Shown here piece by piece: positions 9,634 through 19,397 of a stretch of DNA of 61,086 bases (its first letter is position 1; each line of letters begins with the position of its first letter). Below the pieces are notes generated by a model. It was not told the origin of the DNA. It worked only from the letters and a program-made list of their open reading frames with translations, and ran no database searches. The position numbers and the translations under genes were made by a program. Where the stretch lies: positions 1 to 61,086 of the IMG/VR virus record IMGVR_UViG_3300028837_001401, one strand, 5' to 3'. This DNA is from a virus (lineage: Duplodnaviria > Caudoviricetes).

Positions 9634-10426
9634 GCAAAACGGAGTAGGCATATCGAAGTACACGCAGGAAAAACAGCGGGTTTTTAGCAGTGTTCTTGGT
9701 ATGCACCTCAAGATCGCAAAGTCGATAATGAGCCGAGAGGGGTGGGTGGGGAAAAAGTATATATATGTGGATATGCACGCAGGGCCGGGCAAATACAACG
9801 GCGACAATCGTTTGCCAATTATTGGTAGCCCATTAAGATTTCTGCGAGAGGTGGGTAATTGTGTAATACCACACCATGCCTATTTTATTGAGAAAAGACA
9901 GGAGAATATTAACAGATTAAAGATATATTCACAGGAATACGGAGCAGACGGAAATATAGAAATATTCATGGGCGATAGTGCGGAGATATTGCCAAAAATA
10001 TCATTAAGCGAAAAACTGAGGGATTTTGGTCTTGTCTATTGTGATCCGACCGGAAGCCCCCCGCCCCTTGATGCGCTTGTTGAAATAAGCAAGAGAAAGC
10101 AATGGGAGCGCATAGATTTTCTAATATTCATAGCCCCGGCGATATACAAACGGGTTCTGAAACATAGCAAAACGCATCTTGATAAACCGATTCATAGTTA
10201 TCTAAGGGCGATAAATAAAAGGACATGGATTGTGCGAGAACCCATGGGCCCGCAGCAATTTACTTTTTTGTTGGGCAGTAATTGGCGGGGATTCCCTGTG
10301 TGGGAGGCGGGGGGATTCCATGACATAACGAGTGGAACAGGAAGAGATATATTGAGGACAATTAGCTTAACTAAAGAGGAGAAAAAATTGTTTGATGGAA
10401 TTGATTTAATTACAAGATTACAATAA
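9626..10426 (+). CDS. three-Cys-motif partner (TcmP-like) SAM-dependent methyltransferase-fold protein
   Basis: YIYVDMHAGPG, GSPL, YCDP motifs; directly follows the DUF5131 gene. Confidence 0.75.
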   Translation: MSKQNGVGISKYTQEKQRVFSSVLGMHLKIAKSIMSREGWVGKKYIYVDMHAGPGKYNGDNRLPIIGSPLRFLREVGNCVIPHHAYFIEKRQENINRLKIYSQEYGADGNIEIFMGDSAEILPKISLSEKLRDFGLVYCDPTGSPPPLDALVEISKRKQWERIDFLIFIAPAIYKRVLKHSKTHLDKPIHSYLRAINKRTWIVREPMGPQQFTFLLGSNWRGFPVWEAGGFHDITSGTGRDILRTISLTKEEKKLFDGIDLITRLQ

Positions 10427-10434
10427 AGATTGTG

Positions 10435-10455
10435 CTTACTTATATAATAAGCAAG
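10435..10455. promoter_or_regulatory. 21-bp palindrome copy 2, containing a TATAAT -10-like box
   Basis: CTTACTTA TATAA TAAGCAAG immediately before the AGGAGG RBS of ORF 10470. Confidence 0.75.
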
Positions 10456-10469
10456 CAGGAGGAATAAAG

Positions 10470-10652
10470 ATGAGAGAAATATGGGATGTGGTTATATGCT
10501 GTGTTTGTGGAAAATATTTTGACAAGGAGACAAGAGAATGTGTGGAAAAGCCGAAGGATGGGACAGTGATGTCACACACATACTGTGATAAGTGTGCTGA
10601 GGATCTTAGGGCACAGATAAGGGAGATGGAGGTGGCGAAAGCATGTATATAA
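10470..10652 (+). CDS. small Zn-finger protein
   Basis: CCVC ... SHTYCDKC; strong RBS. Confidence 0.65.
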   Translation: MREIWDVVICCVCGKYFDKETRECVEKPKDGTVMSHTYCDKCAEDLRAQIREMEVAKACI

Positions 10653-11200
10653 TGATCGATCCTGGACATGGTGGAAAAGACCCGGGTGCGGTCTTTTGCA
10701 ATATGGTTGAGAGCGACATCAATCTCCGGGCGGCGTATTTTCTGATGGGGAATTTATTTTACCGTGCGGGCGATGCAATAAACTTATATTTAACAAGGGT
10801 TATTTTGGGGAAGACGGAGAAAACGCCGCTCAAGCAGCGCGCAGGGATGGCGGATGGAATGGATCTTTTCGTTTCGCTTCATTGTAATAGTTGCGAGAAA
10901 GAGAACTCCGCAAGCGGTCTGGAGATATATGTTTATAGAAAATCATCAATAGCGGGGAAGGTCGCGGAGGCGATATTGAACACAACAACACTTGCTGGTA
11001 TTAACACACATGGAGAAGGAATAATCGAGTCAAGAAACTTATATGTGTTGAAGCACACAACATGCCCGGCGCTGCTGATCGAGATGGGATATATAAACAA
11101 CAAATATGATCAAAAAATACTGGGGTCTGTAACAGGCCTTGCCGCTCTCATGGACTATGTGGCGGTCGGGATATTGAAGGGAGTGTGCATGAATGTGTGA
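10643..11200 (+). CDS. N-acetylmuramoyl-L-alanine amidase (Amidase_3)
   Basis: IDPGHGGKDPGA, FVSLHCN, LYVLKHT.CPALLIEMGYINN. Confidence 0.92.
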   Translation: MYIMIDPGHGGKDPGAVFCNMVESDINLRAAYFLMGNLFYRAGDAINLYLTRVILGKTEKTPLKQRAGMADGMDLFVSLHCNSCEKENSASGLEIYVYRKSSIAGKVAEAILNTTTLAGINTHGEGIIESRNLYVLKHTTCPALLIEMGYINNKYDQKILGSVTGLAALMDYVAVGILKGVCMNV

Positions 11201-11474
11201 GCAAGAAGACAAGTATTTTGACTTTGGCGAGATACCTCTAAAGGATGCGGATGGGTCGAATCTCCCTGTGAATTGTTACCTTTTTGAGCCAGATAATGAT
11301 ATATACTGGCACTGGACGGCATCGAACTATATGCCGAGGAGGGGTGTGGTTTCGGGGTTGGCATACGAGATCAGGGCAGTCTCCAAAAAGGATATACTGA
11401 ACGCTGTGAGAAAATACGTTGTGCCGTTATACGAGAAAATTGTCGAGTCGTTGAAAGAAGATGGAGAGACATAG
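11193..11474 (+). CDS. hypothetical protein
   Basis: packed ORF in operon. Confidence 0.55.
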   Translation: MCEQEDKYFDFGEIPLKDADGSNLPVNCYLFEPDNDIYWHWTASNYMPRRGVVSGLAYEIRAVSKKDILNAVRKYVVPLYEKIVESLKEDGET

Positions 11475-11795
11475 ATGAATAGGGCAGAGAAAATGATAAT
11501 TGAGGGAATGTCTCCAATGGTGGCGGGTGTCCACCCGGCTTACGGGAAAATCGCTGTGGGGCATTTGGAGATCAGAAGAAATTCTGCGAGCTGGTGGGCG
11601 TGTTATTACTGGGAACGACGTGGTGATACAACAACCACACTGGCTTATGGTGATGGAAATACGCTGTGTGAGACGCTCAAAAACTTGAAGAAAAGTGTTG
11701 AGAGCAAGCCATATCTGAGATTCTGTGGAGGGATTGCAGACGCATTGAAGGAAGTGTCAGCGTTGCAGGAAAAGAGAGAGGGCGGACTGTTTTAA
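11475..11795 (+). CDS. hypothetical protein
   Basis: packed ORF with GGAG RBS. Confidence 0.6.
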   Translation: MNRAEKMIIEGMSPMVAGVHPAYGKIAVGHLEIRRNSASWWACYYWERRGDTTTTLAYGDGNTLCETLKNLKKSVESKPYLRFCGGIADALKEVSALQEKREGGLF

Positions 11796-11857
11796 TGTCA
11801 GGATGATTGTGATAAAGGATGGGCAGTTGACGATGTTCTAACCGAGGAGGTGAGTGT

Positions 11858-12298
11858 GTGAGTGAGGAAAAGAGAGCGTATAAACTTATGAGAAGGGATC
11901 GGGGTGGATATTACTCCTGCAATCTGCCTATTGGCGAGCGGCAGAGATACAGGGTCAACATTCCCACAAAAAGGCGCGAGGGGTGGGGATCTCTCTGCCT
12001 GTTCCGTGATCTAGTGAGTCTGAGTCGTTTTGTGTTTTTATGTGTGGGTATGGGTAAATGGGAGGGTAGTGACTTGGTTGTGTTCCTTGCGGATTACGTC
12101 CCTTCCGATGAGGGATTTGTATACAAGCCATGGTTGCGATCTTTCTGGGATGGAGGGAAGAGGTTGACGGTAAAGCCCGATTTTATACCTCCTGGGACGG
12201 TTTATGCCAATGAGGTTACTATCAGGGACAGAGTTGGGCAGAAGAGGATTAGAGAGGCTGAGCTTTATATCGCAGCGGAAGGAGAAAAGAGACAATGA
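11858..12298 (+). CDS. hypothetical protein, paralog family A (1 of 3)
   Basis: YK...GGYYS.L..G.RQRYR...TKRR.GWG.LCLF...GTVYANEVT shared with 14016 and 14408. Confidence 0.75.
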   Translation: MSEEKRAYKLMRRDRGGYYSCNLPIGERQRYRVNIPTKRREGWGSLCLFRDLVSLSRFVFLCVGMGKWEGSDLVVFLADYVPSDEGFVYKPWLRSFWDGGKRLTVKPDFIPPGTVYANEVTIRDRVGQKRIREAELYIAAEGEKRQ

Positions 12299-14016
12299 GA
12301 AAATATTTGACGGTTTCTGTATTGTTGGCAATTCTTATGGTTTTTGTGAGTTCGTGCTCTGTGTTCACGAAAGAGCAGCCGGCGGGGAGGATCGCTGAGG
12401 CAGCTTCTCTGGGAATGATGGCAGAGGAGACAGGCACGGTTTCAGGAGAGATCACAGTCAAGATTGTCGGGACTGGTGAGAAGGGTGAGAAAGGCGACCC
12501 TGGGCCTCCCGGCCCGAAAGGAGACAAAGGTGACCCCGTGACTGGTGGAGGAGCGTCGGTTGACGGTGTTCATAACGTGAAAGATTACGGGGCGGTAGGC
12601 GATGCCGTCACGGATGACACACCCGCTATTAAAGCAGCCATCGCTGCCGCCAAGTCACGAGATGTGATCTTGTTTCCCAGAGGGACGTATGTTGTCACAG
12701 AAACGCTGATCAATGCAAAGAATCTGATTTTTCAGGGTATTAGCCCCGCAGCTTCCAGGATCTATCAAAAGGCAAACGCTGCGCTTTTCGACACAACGGG
12801 TGCCGGCTATTGTCGGTTTGAGCGTCTCCATCTTGCCAGCAATGCGACGAGGCATACGGTGGAGAAAGATGGTAAGGAGGTTGTAATTGAGCCTGCCTTG
12901 ATCAGATTCACCGCCAATGCTTCTCACTGTACCGTCTCCGATGTGTTTGTTACAGGTTCATGGTATTCTATCCACCTCCGGGGTGCATTATTTACCGATC
13001 TGATCAGGATAATGAACGCCCATAGATTGACTCGAATACAGGGCGATAAGGCGACTCTGCCGACGAATTATGCCGAGGTGCACATCTTCGGCGAGCGGTA
13101 CGGCAGCAGGGCGATGAACGACATTGACATCGTTTCATGTAAGTTCCAGGGTGGAGCACGAATCGGGGTCTGGATCAAATCGACAAACTCTGAGGGCGGA
13201 GTCACTATCCGTGACTCGCTTGTGGAGGCCCACCCTGTCTGTGGAATCCGGTTGTCAGGGATGACACTGGGTTCGGTGATCGACCGGGTGCATCTGGAAG
13301 GTCAGCAGTCGAATATTGAGTTGCTGGGCTGCTCGAATACGACAGTCACAAGCAACTTTGCAGGGGGATCGAAAGGGCTGATCATGAGAGGATGTCGGAA
13401 CATCATTGTCGAAGGAAACTACCTCTGGGACATATATGCCGATGAGCAGTCAAAAGGTCTCAAGGTGTGCAACAATGATTTCCAGAACGCCAGTGGAATC
13501 GAAGGATGCCAGTTGAAACAGTCGGACAATTTCTGCACTCGAAACAGGTCTTGTGGTCTCTGTGGAAAGTGGGTCAGCCCTCTTGGTCAGAACTTGGTTG
13601 AGGGCGATCTGGAGGAATGGTCAGGAGGCTTCCCGAAGGGATTCACGGGCTATGGTGTGGCACAGGAGTCGGAGATAAAGAAGGAAGGTTCATACTCTGC
13701 TAAAGTGACGGGTGTGGGTGGTGCGTTTGGGCTCAGGTTCAATATGGTGCCAAAGAAATTCAGAGGTCGCCGTGTTACTGTTCGCTTCTCTGTGTATAAG
13801 CCAGCGGAGGACGGTGTGAATGTCAGGGTCTTGGTCTATTACAATAACTGGGGCGGATCGACTGCAACGTTCACACAAAACATCCCTGTGGGTGAATGGG
13901 TCGAGTTGACTTATGTGGTGAACCTCCCTGAGTTTGGGAACGCCTTCATCCTGATAGGAAATATCGGGAAGGGGCACGCATTCATCGACTGTGTGGAGAT
14001 CGTTCTGGAGGGCTAG
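12295..14016 (+). CDS. putative lipoprotein with collagen-like repeat, pectate-lyase-like beta-helix and C-terminal CBM-like domain
   Basis: hydrophobic signal ending FVSSC; GEKGEKGDPGPPGPKGDKGDP; NVKDYGAVGDAVTDDTPAIKAAI...FPRGTY. Confidence 0.8.
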   Translation: MRKYLTVSVLLAILMVFVSSCSVFTKEQPAGRIAEAASLGMMAEETGTVSGEITVKIVGTGEKGEKGDPGPPGPKGDKGDPVTGGGASVDGVHNVKDYGAVGDAVTDDTPAIKAAIAAAKSRDVILFPRGTYVVTETLINAKNLIFQGISPAASRIYQKANAALFDTTGAGYCRFERLHLASNATRHTVEKDGKEVVIEPALIRFTANASHCTVSDVFVTGSWYSIHLRGALFTDLIRIMNAHRLTRIQGDKATLPTNYAEVHIFGERYGSRAMNDIDIVSCKFQGGARIGVWIKSTNSEGGVTIRDSLVEAHPVCGIRLSGMTLGSVIDRVHLEGQQSNIELLGCSNTTVTSNFAGGSKGLIMRGCRNIIVEGNYLWDIYADEQSKGLKVCNNDFQNASGIEGCQLKQSDNFCTRNRSCGLCGKWVSPLGQNLVEGDLEEWSGGFPKGFTGYGVAQESEIKKEGSYSAKVTGVGGAFGLRFNMVPKKFRGRRVTVRFSVYKPAEDGVNVRVLVYYNNWGGSTATFTQNIPVGEWVELTYVVNLPEFGNAFILIGNIGKGHAFIDCVEIVLEG

Positions 14017-14438
14017 TGATGGTTGGTTATAAAATGGTGACGGTGGACAAGGGGAAATACTATTCAGGCTCTTTGCCGCCGGGTTTGCGCCAGTTGTATA
14101 GATTAAACAAGGTGACAAAAAGGCGGCAGGGATGGGGTGCTCTGATGTTATATAAGTCGCTTGGTGATATGCCGTTTGTGCTAGGCGATATGCTGGATCA
14201 GACCAAGGTGTTGCGGTGTGAATATGAGCCATTGAGTGATGAGAGTGCCTATATACCAAATACACGACTCAGGGGTTACGATAAGTGGGTTTATGACATG
14301 ATAGAATTTGGAGTGTCTGTAAGTTTGAATAAGGAATTACTCATGGTGCATCGGTGTAGTGGTTTCATCTACGCGGATGAAATAACCCCACTGGAGGTGA
14401 TCAAGGGATGGTACAGAAGACAGGTTTCAAGGTTGTGA
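14016..14438 (+). CDS. hypothetical protein, paralog family A (2 of 3)
   Basis: GYKMV...YYSGSLPPGLRQLYRL..VTKRRQGWG...IYADEITP. Confidence 0.75.
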   Translation: MMVGYKMVTVDKGKYYSGSLPPGLRQLYRLNKVTKRRQGWGALMLYKSLGDMPFVLGDMLDQTKVLRCEYEPLSDESAYIPNTRLRGYDKWVYDMIEFGVSVSLNKELLMVHRCSGFIYADEITPLEVIKGWYRRQVSRL

Positions 14439-14806
14439 TACGGGGCAGGGGAGGATACTACTCCTGCACCCTGGGTATTGGTAAGCGGCAGCGATACCGA
14501 GAGAATGTGCCCACGAAGCGGAGGAAGGGATGGGGGCCTTTGTGCCTGTTCGAAGATAAGGAATCCGCCATAAGGTTTACAAAATGTGTGGTGAGGAGGT
14601 TTCTTGTCTTTATATTCGAGGCTGAATATGTCGAGTCGGCGGGTGGAATTGGCTACATGCCCGATTACAGTTCAGGGAGGAAGCTAGTACCTGAACTGAG
14701 GTATCAAGAGCGTATCCCACACGGCACGGTATTTGCCGATGAGGTGACTCCCAGAAGGTTGATCAAACCCAGGGAGTATCTCCCTGGGTTGGAGGATGAG
14801 GGATGA
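14408..14806 (+). CDS. hypothetical protein, paralog family A (3 of 3)
   Basis: GFKVV...GGYYSCTL...RQRYRE..PTKRRKGWGPLCLF...GTVFADEVTP. Confidence 0.75.
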   Translation: MVQKTGFKVVIRGRGGYYSCTLGIGKRQRYRENVPTKRRKGWGPLCLFEDKESAIRFTKCVVRRFLVFIFEAEYVESAGGIGYMPDYSSGRKLVPELRYQERIPHGTVFADEVTPRRLIKPREYLPGLEDEG

Positions 14807-15321
14807 AACTCTTATACACTATCGGATACGGGAACGATAAGCCAGAGCAGGTAATCTGGAGGTTGAAGCATTATGAGATCGACTATGTGATAGGCATCCG
14901 ACGGGCGGGGTCGAGGTCGTGGTATGGGTTATACAGCCCTGGAAACATCGGGAAATTTCTGATTGAGCGGGCGGGTATAGTCACATTGGAGTTTTACGAA
15001 TTGGGTAACACCTTCCCGACTTTGGAGGAGTATTCCGATTGGTTAGAAACAAAGGACGGAGAGTTCCATGTGACATATATGGCAGCTCAGATCCTAATGC
15101 AAGGGGAGAAAAAGGGTTGTCTCTTGTGTTCCGAGTTCCGCCCGGTGACTGAGAAGGGGATCAGGTGTCACAGGGTTCATGTCGCAAATGCTGTGGTGAA
15201 GAAACTAAACGAATCGGACGCCGCAATGAGGAAATGGGTTGTCTTCCATATTCTGAATCCGTGTCCATACTGTCAGGAAAGGGAGATCAAAAAGCGATAT
15301 GGAAAAGGGAAGCAAGCTTGA
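14803..15321 (+). CDS. DUF488-family protein
   Basis: LYTIGY, IRR, ELGN, CLLCSE...CHR motifs. Confidence 0.75.
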   Translation: MKLLYTIGYGNDKPEQVIWRLKHYEIDYVIGIRRAGSRSWYGLYSPGNIGKFLIERAGIVTLEFYELGNTFPTLEEYSDWLETKDGEFHVTYMAAQILMQGEKKGCLLCSEFRPVTEKGIRCHRVHVANAVVKKLNESDAAMRKWVVFHILNPCPYCQEREIKKRYGKGKQA

Positions 15322-15524
15322 TGGGTTAAGAAAACGAGATGTGTCTATAATGGCGGACAGTCTCATCGCTGCCACCAGAATGCAGAACTATTTTGTCAAG
15401 CCTTTCACAGATTTCAAAAAGCCCAGGAAGCGGTTCACCAGACGTGAGGTCTTCGAGATGGGGCTGGCTATATTTCATAATAGGATGCAGATAGAGATAA
15501 ACAAAGCGATAAAGGAGGATGAGG

Positions 15525-17003
15525 ATGAACCGACCGATGATATACACTGTGTCGAGGGATAGCTTGATGGCAGAGCAGGCGCGCGGAGTTGCCGTTCTGG
15601 ATCACGGTATCAACGCCAGAGCGTTCCGGTCGGCTAAAGAAGCACAGGAATATAGAGACAGGACAGGAGAGGATGTCACGGAGATTCAGGTCTTCGGGCC
15701 TCTGTCAATGGTAGAGGAGGCGGTGGGGCTGTTCCCTGGCGTCTCTGTAAGACAGGGGGCAAGTGATGGGCGGGTGCCCAAGAAACAGCCTGAGAATTTC
15801 CTATATAAACTACTGGAAAGGGTGCAGTTTTATCTGAGTAATTACGGATTAAGGCAATTTTGGGTGTTTATGACACACATGCTCATGAGAGGCTTTCATG
15901 GGTTCATGAAGTGTTTCGGAGTGGATGTGGTATACTTCCGGTGGTATGTGGGGCGAATAGGGCATCTGGCGTATAACACTCAGACGTTCATGAATAGCAT
16001 GAGCAAATACAGGAGGAAGCTCCTGATCGGTCTGCGTGACGACGGAGCGGCGAATCTGACTCTCCAGAAGATGTGGGGTCGGTTATTTACAAAGGTGATG
16101 TCAGGAGACCGCTGGAGGCGGGTATTTGATCACGTAGGTCTCAGGCGGTTGAAATACTACAGAGCGACAGCGTGGTATGGCGATGCTCACGTTCCTGCAC
16201 AAACACAGGACTGGAGGAGGCATGTGTATTTCACTGATGAGGAGATCGCCATGGGCGAGGCGAGTCTCAGGAGGATGGGAGTTCCCGAAGGGGCGGAGTT
16301 TGTATGTGTCCATGCCCGAGATCCAGCATATCTGGATACTATTGCTCCTGGGGCGGATTGGTCGTACCACGACTTCAGGGATTGCAATATCGACAATTTC
16401 AGACTTGCCGCCGAATATCTCACCACCAAGGGTCTTTACGTGATCCGTCTCTCACAGGTTGCCGAAAAGCCGTTTGTAGTGGAAGGAAACGAGAAGGTTA
16501 TTGACTATGCTAGCCTCTACAGGACGGATTTCATGGACATCTATCTGATGGCAAAATGCCTCTTTTTGTTGGGTTCGTGCTCAGGTGTCGCTCAGGTTTC
16601 GACTATATTTGGCCGACCTGTTGCGATGACAAACTGGGTTCACTGCGAACTGATGACATGTTTCAGGGAGGGCGATCTACTGATACCGAAACGGCATGTG
16701 CGGTATGGAGAGGAGATGTCTCTCCGGGAAATACTTGACACAGGTGCGGGGAGATTGATCAAGGGCGAACGCTATGTCGAGCACGGGATCGAACTGATAG
16801 AGAATAACCCAGCAGAGATCCTTGGTCTCGCTGTGGAGATGTTGGAAAGAGTGAGAGGGAGATGGGAGTGGAGCATACAAGAGCGGGAAATGGTGGGAAA
16901 GTTTCGGAGTATTATCGACAGGGGAGGGCTTCTGTGTCACGGCTCTCCTGTGATGATCGGGTGGCACTATGCAAAGAAAAATGCGGGGTGGCTGGAAGGA
17001 TGA
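15525..17003 (+). CDS. TIGR04372-like putative glycosyltransferase (1 of 2)
   Basis: RIGHLA, FVCVHARDPAYL, HDFRDCNI, IDYA...DFMDIYL..KCLFLLGSCSG, ENNPAEI. Confidence 0.8.
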   Translation: MNRPMIYTVSRDSLMAEQARGVAVLDHGINARAFRSAKEAQEYRDRTGEDVTEIQVFGPLSMVEEAVGLFPGVSVRQGASDGRVPKKQPENFLYKLLERVQFYLSNYGLRQFWVFMTHMLMRGFHGFMKCFGVDVVYFRWYVGRIGHLAYNTQTFMNSMSKYRRKLLIGLRDDGAANLTLQKMWGRLFTKVMSGDRWRRVFDHVGLRRLKYYRATAWYGDAHVPAQTQDWRRHVYFTDEEIAMGEASLRRMGVPEGAEFVCVHARDPAYLDTIAPGADWSYHDFRDCNIDNFRLAAEYLTTKGLYVIRLSQVAEKPFVVEGNEKVIDYASLYRTDFMDIYLMAKCLFLLGSCSGVAQVSTIFGRPVAMTNWVHCELMTCFREGDLLIPKRHVRYGEEMSLREILDTGAGRLIKGERYVEHGIELIENNPAEILGLAVEMLERVRGRWEWSIQEREMVGKFRSIIDRGGLLCHGSPVMIGWHYAKKNAGWLEG

Positions 17004-17058
17004 TAACTATGAGAGAGAATATAGAGGTATTGAAACGTATGATTGACGAGGGCGATCG

Positions 17059-17295
17059 ATGAAAGTTATGTTGACAGCGTTCGGTGAGAGGCTGAAGAGT
17101 AAGATCATGGAGTTTCCGGAGGAGACGCCGCCGAAGATTCACCTAAACTTGCCGTTTGAGAATATACGGCTCTATGGTGGTGATGAGCCAGCGAGCGGCA
17201 AGCAAGCTCGTGGTGAGTTTGTGTTCACGAGGCAGTATTTGATAAAGGGCGATGAGCCTGTTGCGATATACGCACTCACGAGGCTGGAGGTTTGA
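17059..17295 (+). CDS. hypothetical protein
   Basis: ORF with RBS, packed in operon. Confidence 0.55.
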   Translation: MKVMLTAFGERLKSKIMEFPEETPPKIHLNLPFENIRLYGGDEPASGKQARGEFVFTRQYLIKGDEPVAIYALTRLEV

Positions 17296-17296
17296 T

Positions 17297-17524
17297 GTGT
17301 TCTATCAGTTGATAACAATACTGGGGGCACTCCTGACGGGGGTGGGGTACTATTTCAACATCCGGAAGAAACGGATCTGCTTCTGGATCTGGATCGTCGG
17401 CAACTTGGTGTGGTTGTCGAGTTGTCTGATAATAACGAATTGGGGTCTGATATTGACAAACACAACGTTTATTGGGGTGAATTTTGTGGGATGGCGCAAA
17501 TGGAGGAAAGAAGATGAGCGATAA
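17297..17524 (+). CDS. small membrane protein (PnuC-like)
   Basis: GGAGG RBS before GTG; three hydrophobic segments, CFWIWIVGN, GWRKW. Confidence 0.6.
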   Translation: MFYQLITILGALLTGVGYYFNIRKKRICFWIWIVGNLVWLSSCLIITNWGLILTNTTFIGVNFVGWRKWRKEDER

Positions 17525-19091
17525 AATAGTGAAGATGGGAGATATTCAGTTATTACAGGAGAAACTAGCGGTGTTGAAACAGGAGGGCAAGAGGATTGCT
17601 CTTGCTCATGGGTGTTTCGACTGTCTGCACATCGGGCACATTTTCTACTTGAAAGAGGCGAAGGCGGATGCGGATGTGCTGATCGTGAGTGTGACACCTG
17701 ACATATATGTCAAAGGGCAGAAAGGAGCGATGAGGCCGTATTACTCAGAGGAGATACGCATGGGGGGGTTAGCTGCACTTGGATGTGTGGATTACGTCGT
17801 CTTGAATAATGATGACTGGGCAGTTCCTGTGATCGATGCGATCCAGCCTCACATATACGCAAAGGGTGTGGAATATAAGGACGTCCCGAACTCCATGCTG
17901 GAAGCCGAGAGGACAGCCGTGGAGAGCCATGGGGGTGAGCTAGTTTTCATAGACGCCCCTGTCAAGAGTTCGGCATCGTTTGTTCTGAACCGCTGGGAAG
18001 GGCAGAAGATGTATGGGGAGGAGCTGGACGCCTTTCTACATCGGTTCAGGAGTGAGCATCCTGTTGATACTCTCCTCACGGCATTGGATAAGATAAAGGA
18101 GAGCAAGGTTCTGGTTATCGGCGAGACGATAATTGATGAGTACATATACACAAGCCAGCTAGGCGTCGCTCCCAAAAGTTCGGTTATCGCTCGACACTAC
18201 GAGTCGAGTGAGACGATGTATGGTGGGGCGTTTTTTGCTGCCCTAAACGCTGCCCAGTTAGCAGGTCAGGTGACTCTCCTGACGATGTTGGGGTCTGATG
18301 GAATGGGTTGGTGGAACGGTATGGAACAGAAGATGCCCAAGAATATGCGTGCTCATGTGATTTATGCCAATGATCGGCAGACTCCCAGGAAGAGCCGTTT
18401 GATTGATGGGAGGGAACACGAAGATCAGAGGAACATGTCGGAGCTATGCTACGGGACAAAATATGCGCCAATGATGAGTCAGGTATCGAGAAGTATAATC
18501 ACAGCAATAGACGATCTGGTTGCGCAGCATGACATGATCATGGTTGCCGACTTTGGACATGGAATGATAGACAATATCATCGGTGCTCATATCTCGAAAC
18601 AGCGTGGCTATCGGGGCAGGACTGGGAGGAGGTTCGTCTCGGTGATGACACAGACAAATGAGAGCAATACTCCGTTCAACACGCTCGGAAAGTACGGGAA
18701 TTTGGACTGTGTTATTCTTGACGACGATGAGGTAAAGGTGAATCTCAGAAGCCCCAGAGAGCCTGACGTAAACAGCCTTGATCATATTGCCCACATAAAC
18801 AGCTCCGACACTGTTGTGATGACAGTGGGGAGGAGAGGGGCATATATACGAAAGTATGGCGACCGACCGGAGCACGTTCCCGCCTTTCTGGTGCAAAACA
18901 CCGTGGATCGTATCGGAGCGGGCGATGCGTTCTATGCCGTCGCTTCGCAGGTAGCGAGGGCGGGTTACGGGTCGGATGTTATTGGTGTTCTGGGATGTCT
19001 GGCGGGTGCGATATGTTGCAAGTCGGTGGGCACGAGTCAGCCTGTTACGAGAGACGAGTTGATCCATACAATCAAGGTGGTGATGGCATAA
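17514..19091 (+). CDS. bifunctional cytidylyltransferase-like / PfkB-family sugar kinase (HldE/RfaE-like, reversed domain order)
   Basis: HGCFDCLHIGH nucleotidyltransferase motif; VLVIGETIIDEY, DFGHG, VDRIGAGDAF PfkB signature. Confidence 0.88.
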   Translation: MSDKIVKMGDIQLLQEKLAVLKQEGKRIALAHGCFDCLHIGHIFYLKEAKADADVLIVSVTPDIYVKGQKGAMRPYYSEEIRMGGLAALGCVDYVVLNNDDWAVPVIDAIQPHIYAKGVEYKDVPNSMLEAERTAVESHGGELVFIDAPVKSSASFVLNRWEGQKMYGEELDAFLHRFRSEHPVDTLLTALDKIKESKVLVIGETIIDEYIYTSQLGVAPKSSVIARHYESSETMYGGAFFAALNAAQLAGQVTLLTMLGSDGMGWWNGMEQKMPKNMRAHVIYANDRQTPRKSRLIDGREHEDQRNMSELCYGTKYAPMMSQVSRSIITAIDDLVAQHDMIMVADFGHGMIDNIIGAHISKQRGYRGRTGRRFVSVMTQTNESNTPFNTLGKYGNLDCVILDDDEVKVNLRSPREPDVNSLDHIAHINSSDTVVMTVGRRGAYIRKYGDRPEHVPAFLVQNTVDRIGAGDAFYAVASQVARAGYGSDVIGVLGCLAGAICCKSVGTSQPVTRDELIHTIKVVMA

Positions 19092-19396
19092 TGGCAGCGG
19101 TGAGGTTGGGGCATGAGACGTGGATGAAGATCCGGGTCAATAACATTGTCCGACATGGAAGTCATGGGATAACAAAAGATGTGCCGTATGGGGCTGTGGT
19201 AAATTTAGCGGAAGATGGTTTCTTTGAGTTAGCGAAACATGGAACGCAAGAGCAGCACGGAATCATCTGGAAGAGTCTTGACGATGAGGGGTATGTGGTG
19301 ATCGCCCTAAAGCCTGTGTATCTGATCATGGGAGAGGAAGGGCTTCAGGTGGTCTCGTTTGAGCAGGCGTGGAAGATGTACTATGAGGAGGATTGA
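19091..19396 (+). CDS. hypothetical protein
   Basis: TAATG coupling with the upstream gene. Confidence 0.55.
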   Translation: MAAVRLGHETWMKIRVNNIVRHGSHGITKDVPYGAVVNLAEDGFFELAKHGTQEQHGIIWKSLDDEGYVVIALKPVYLIMGEEGLQVVSFEQAWKMYYEED

Positions 19397-19397
19397 A

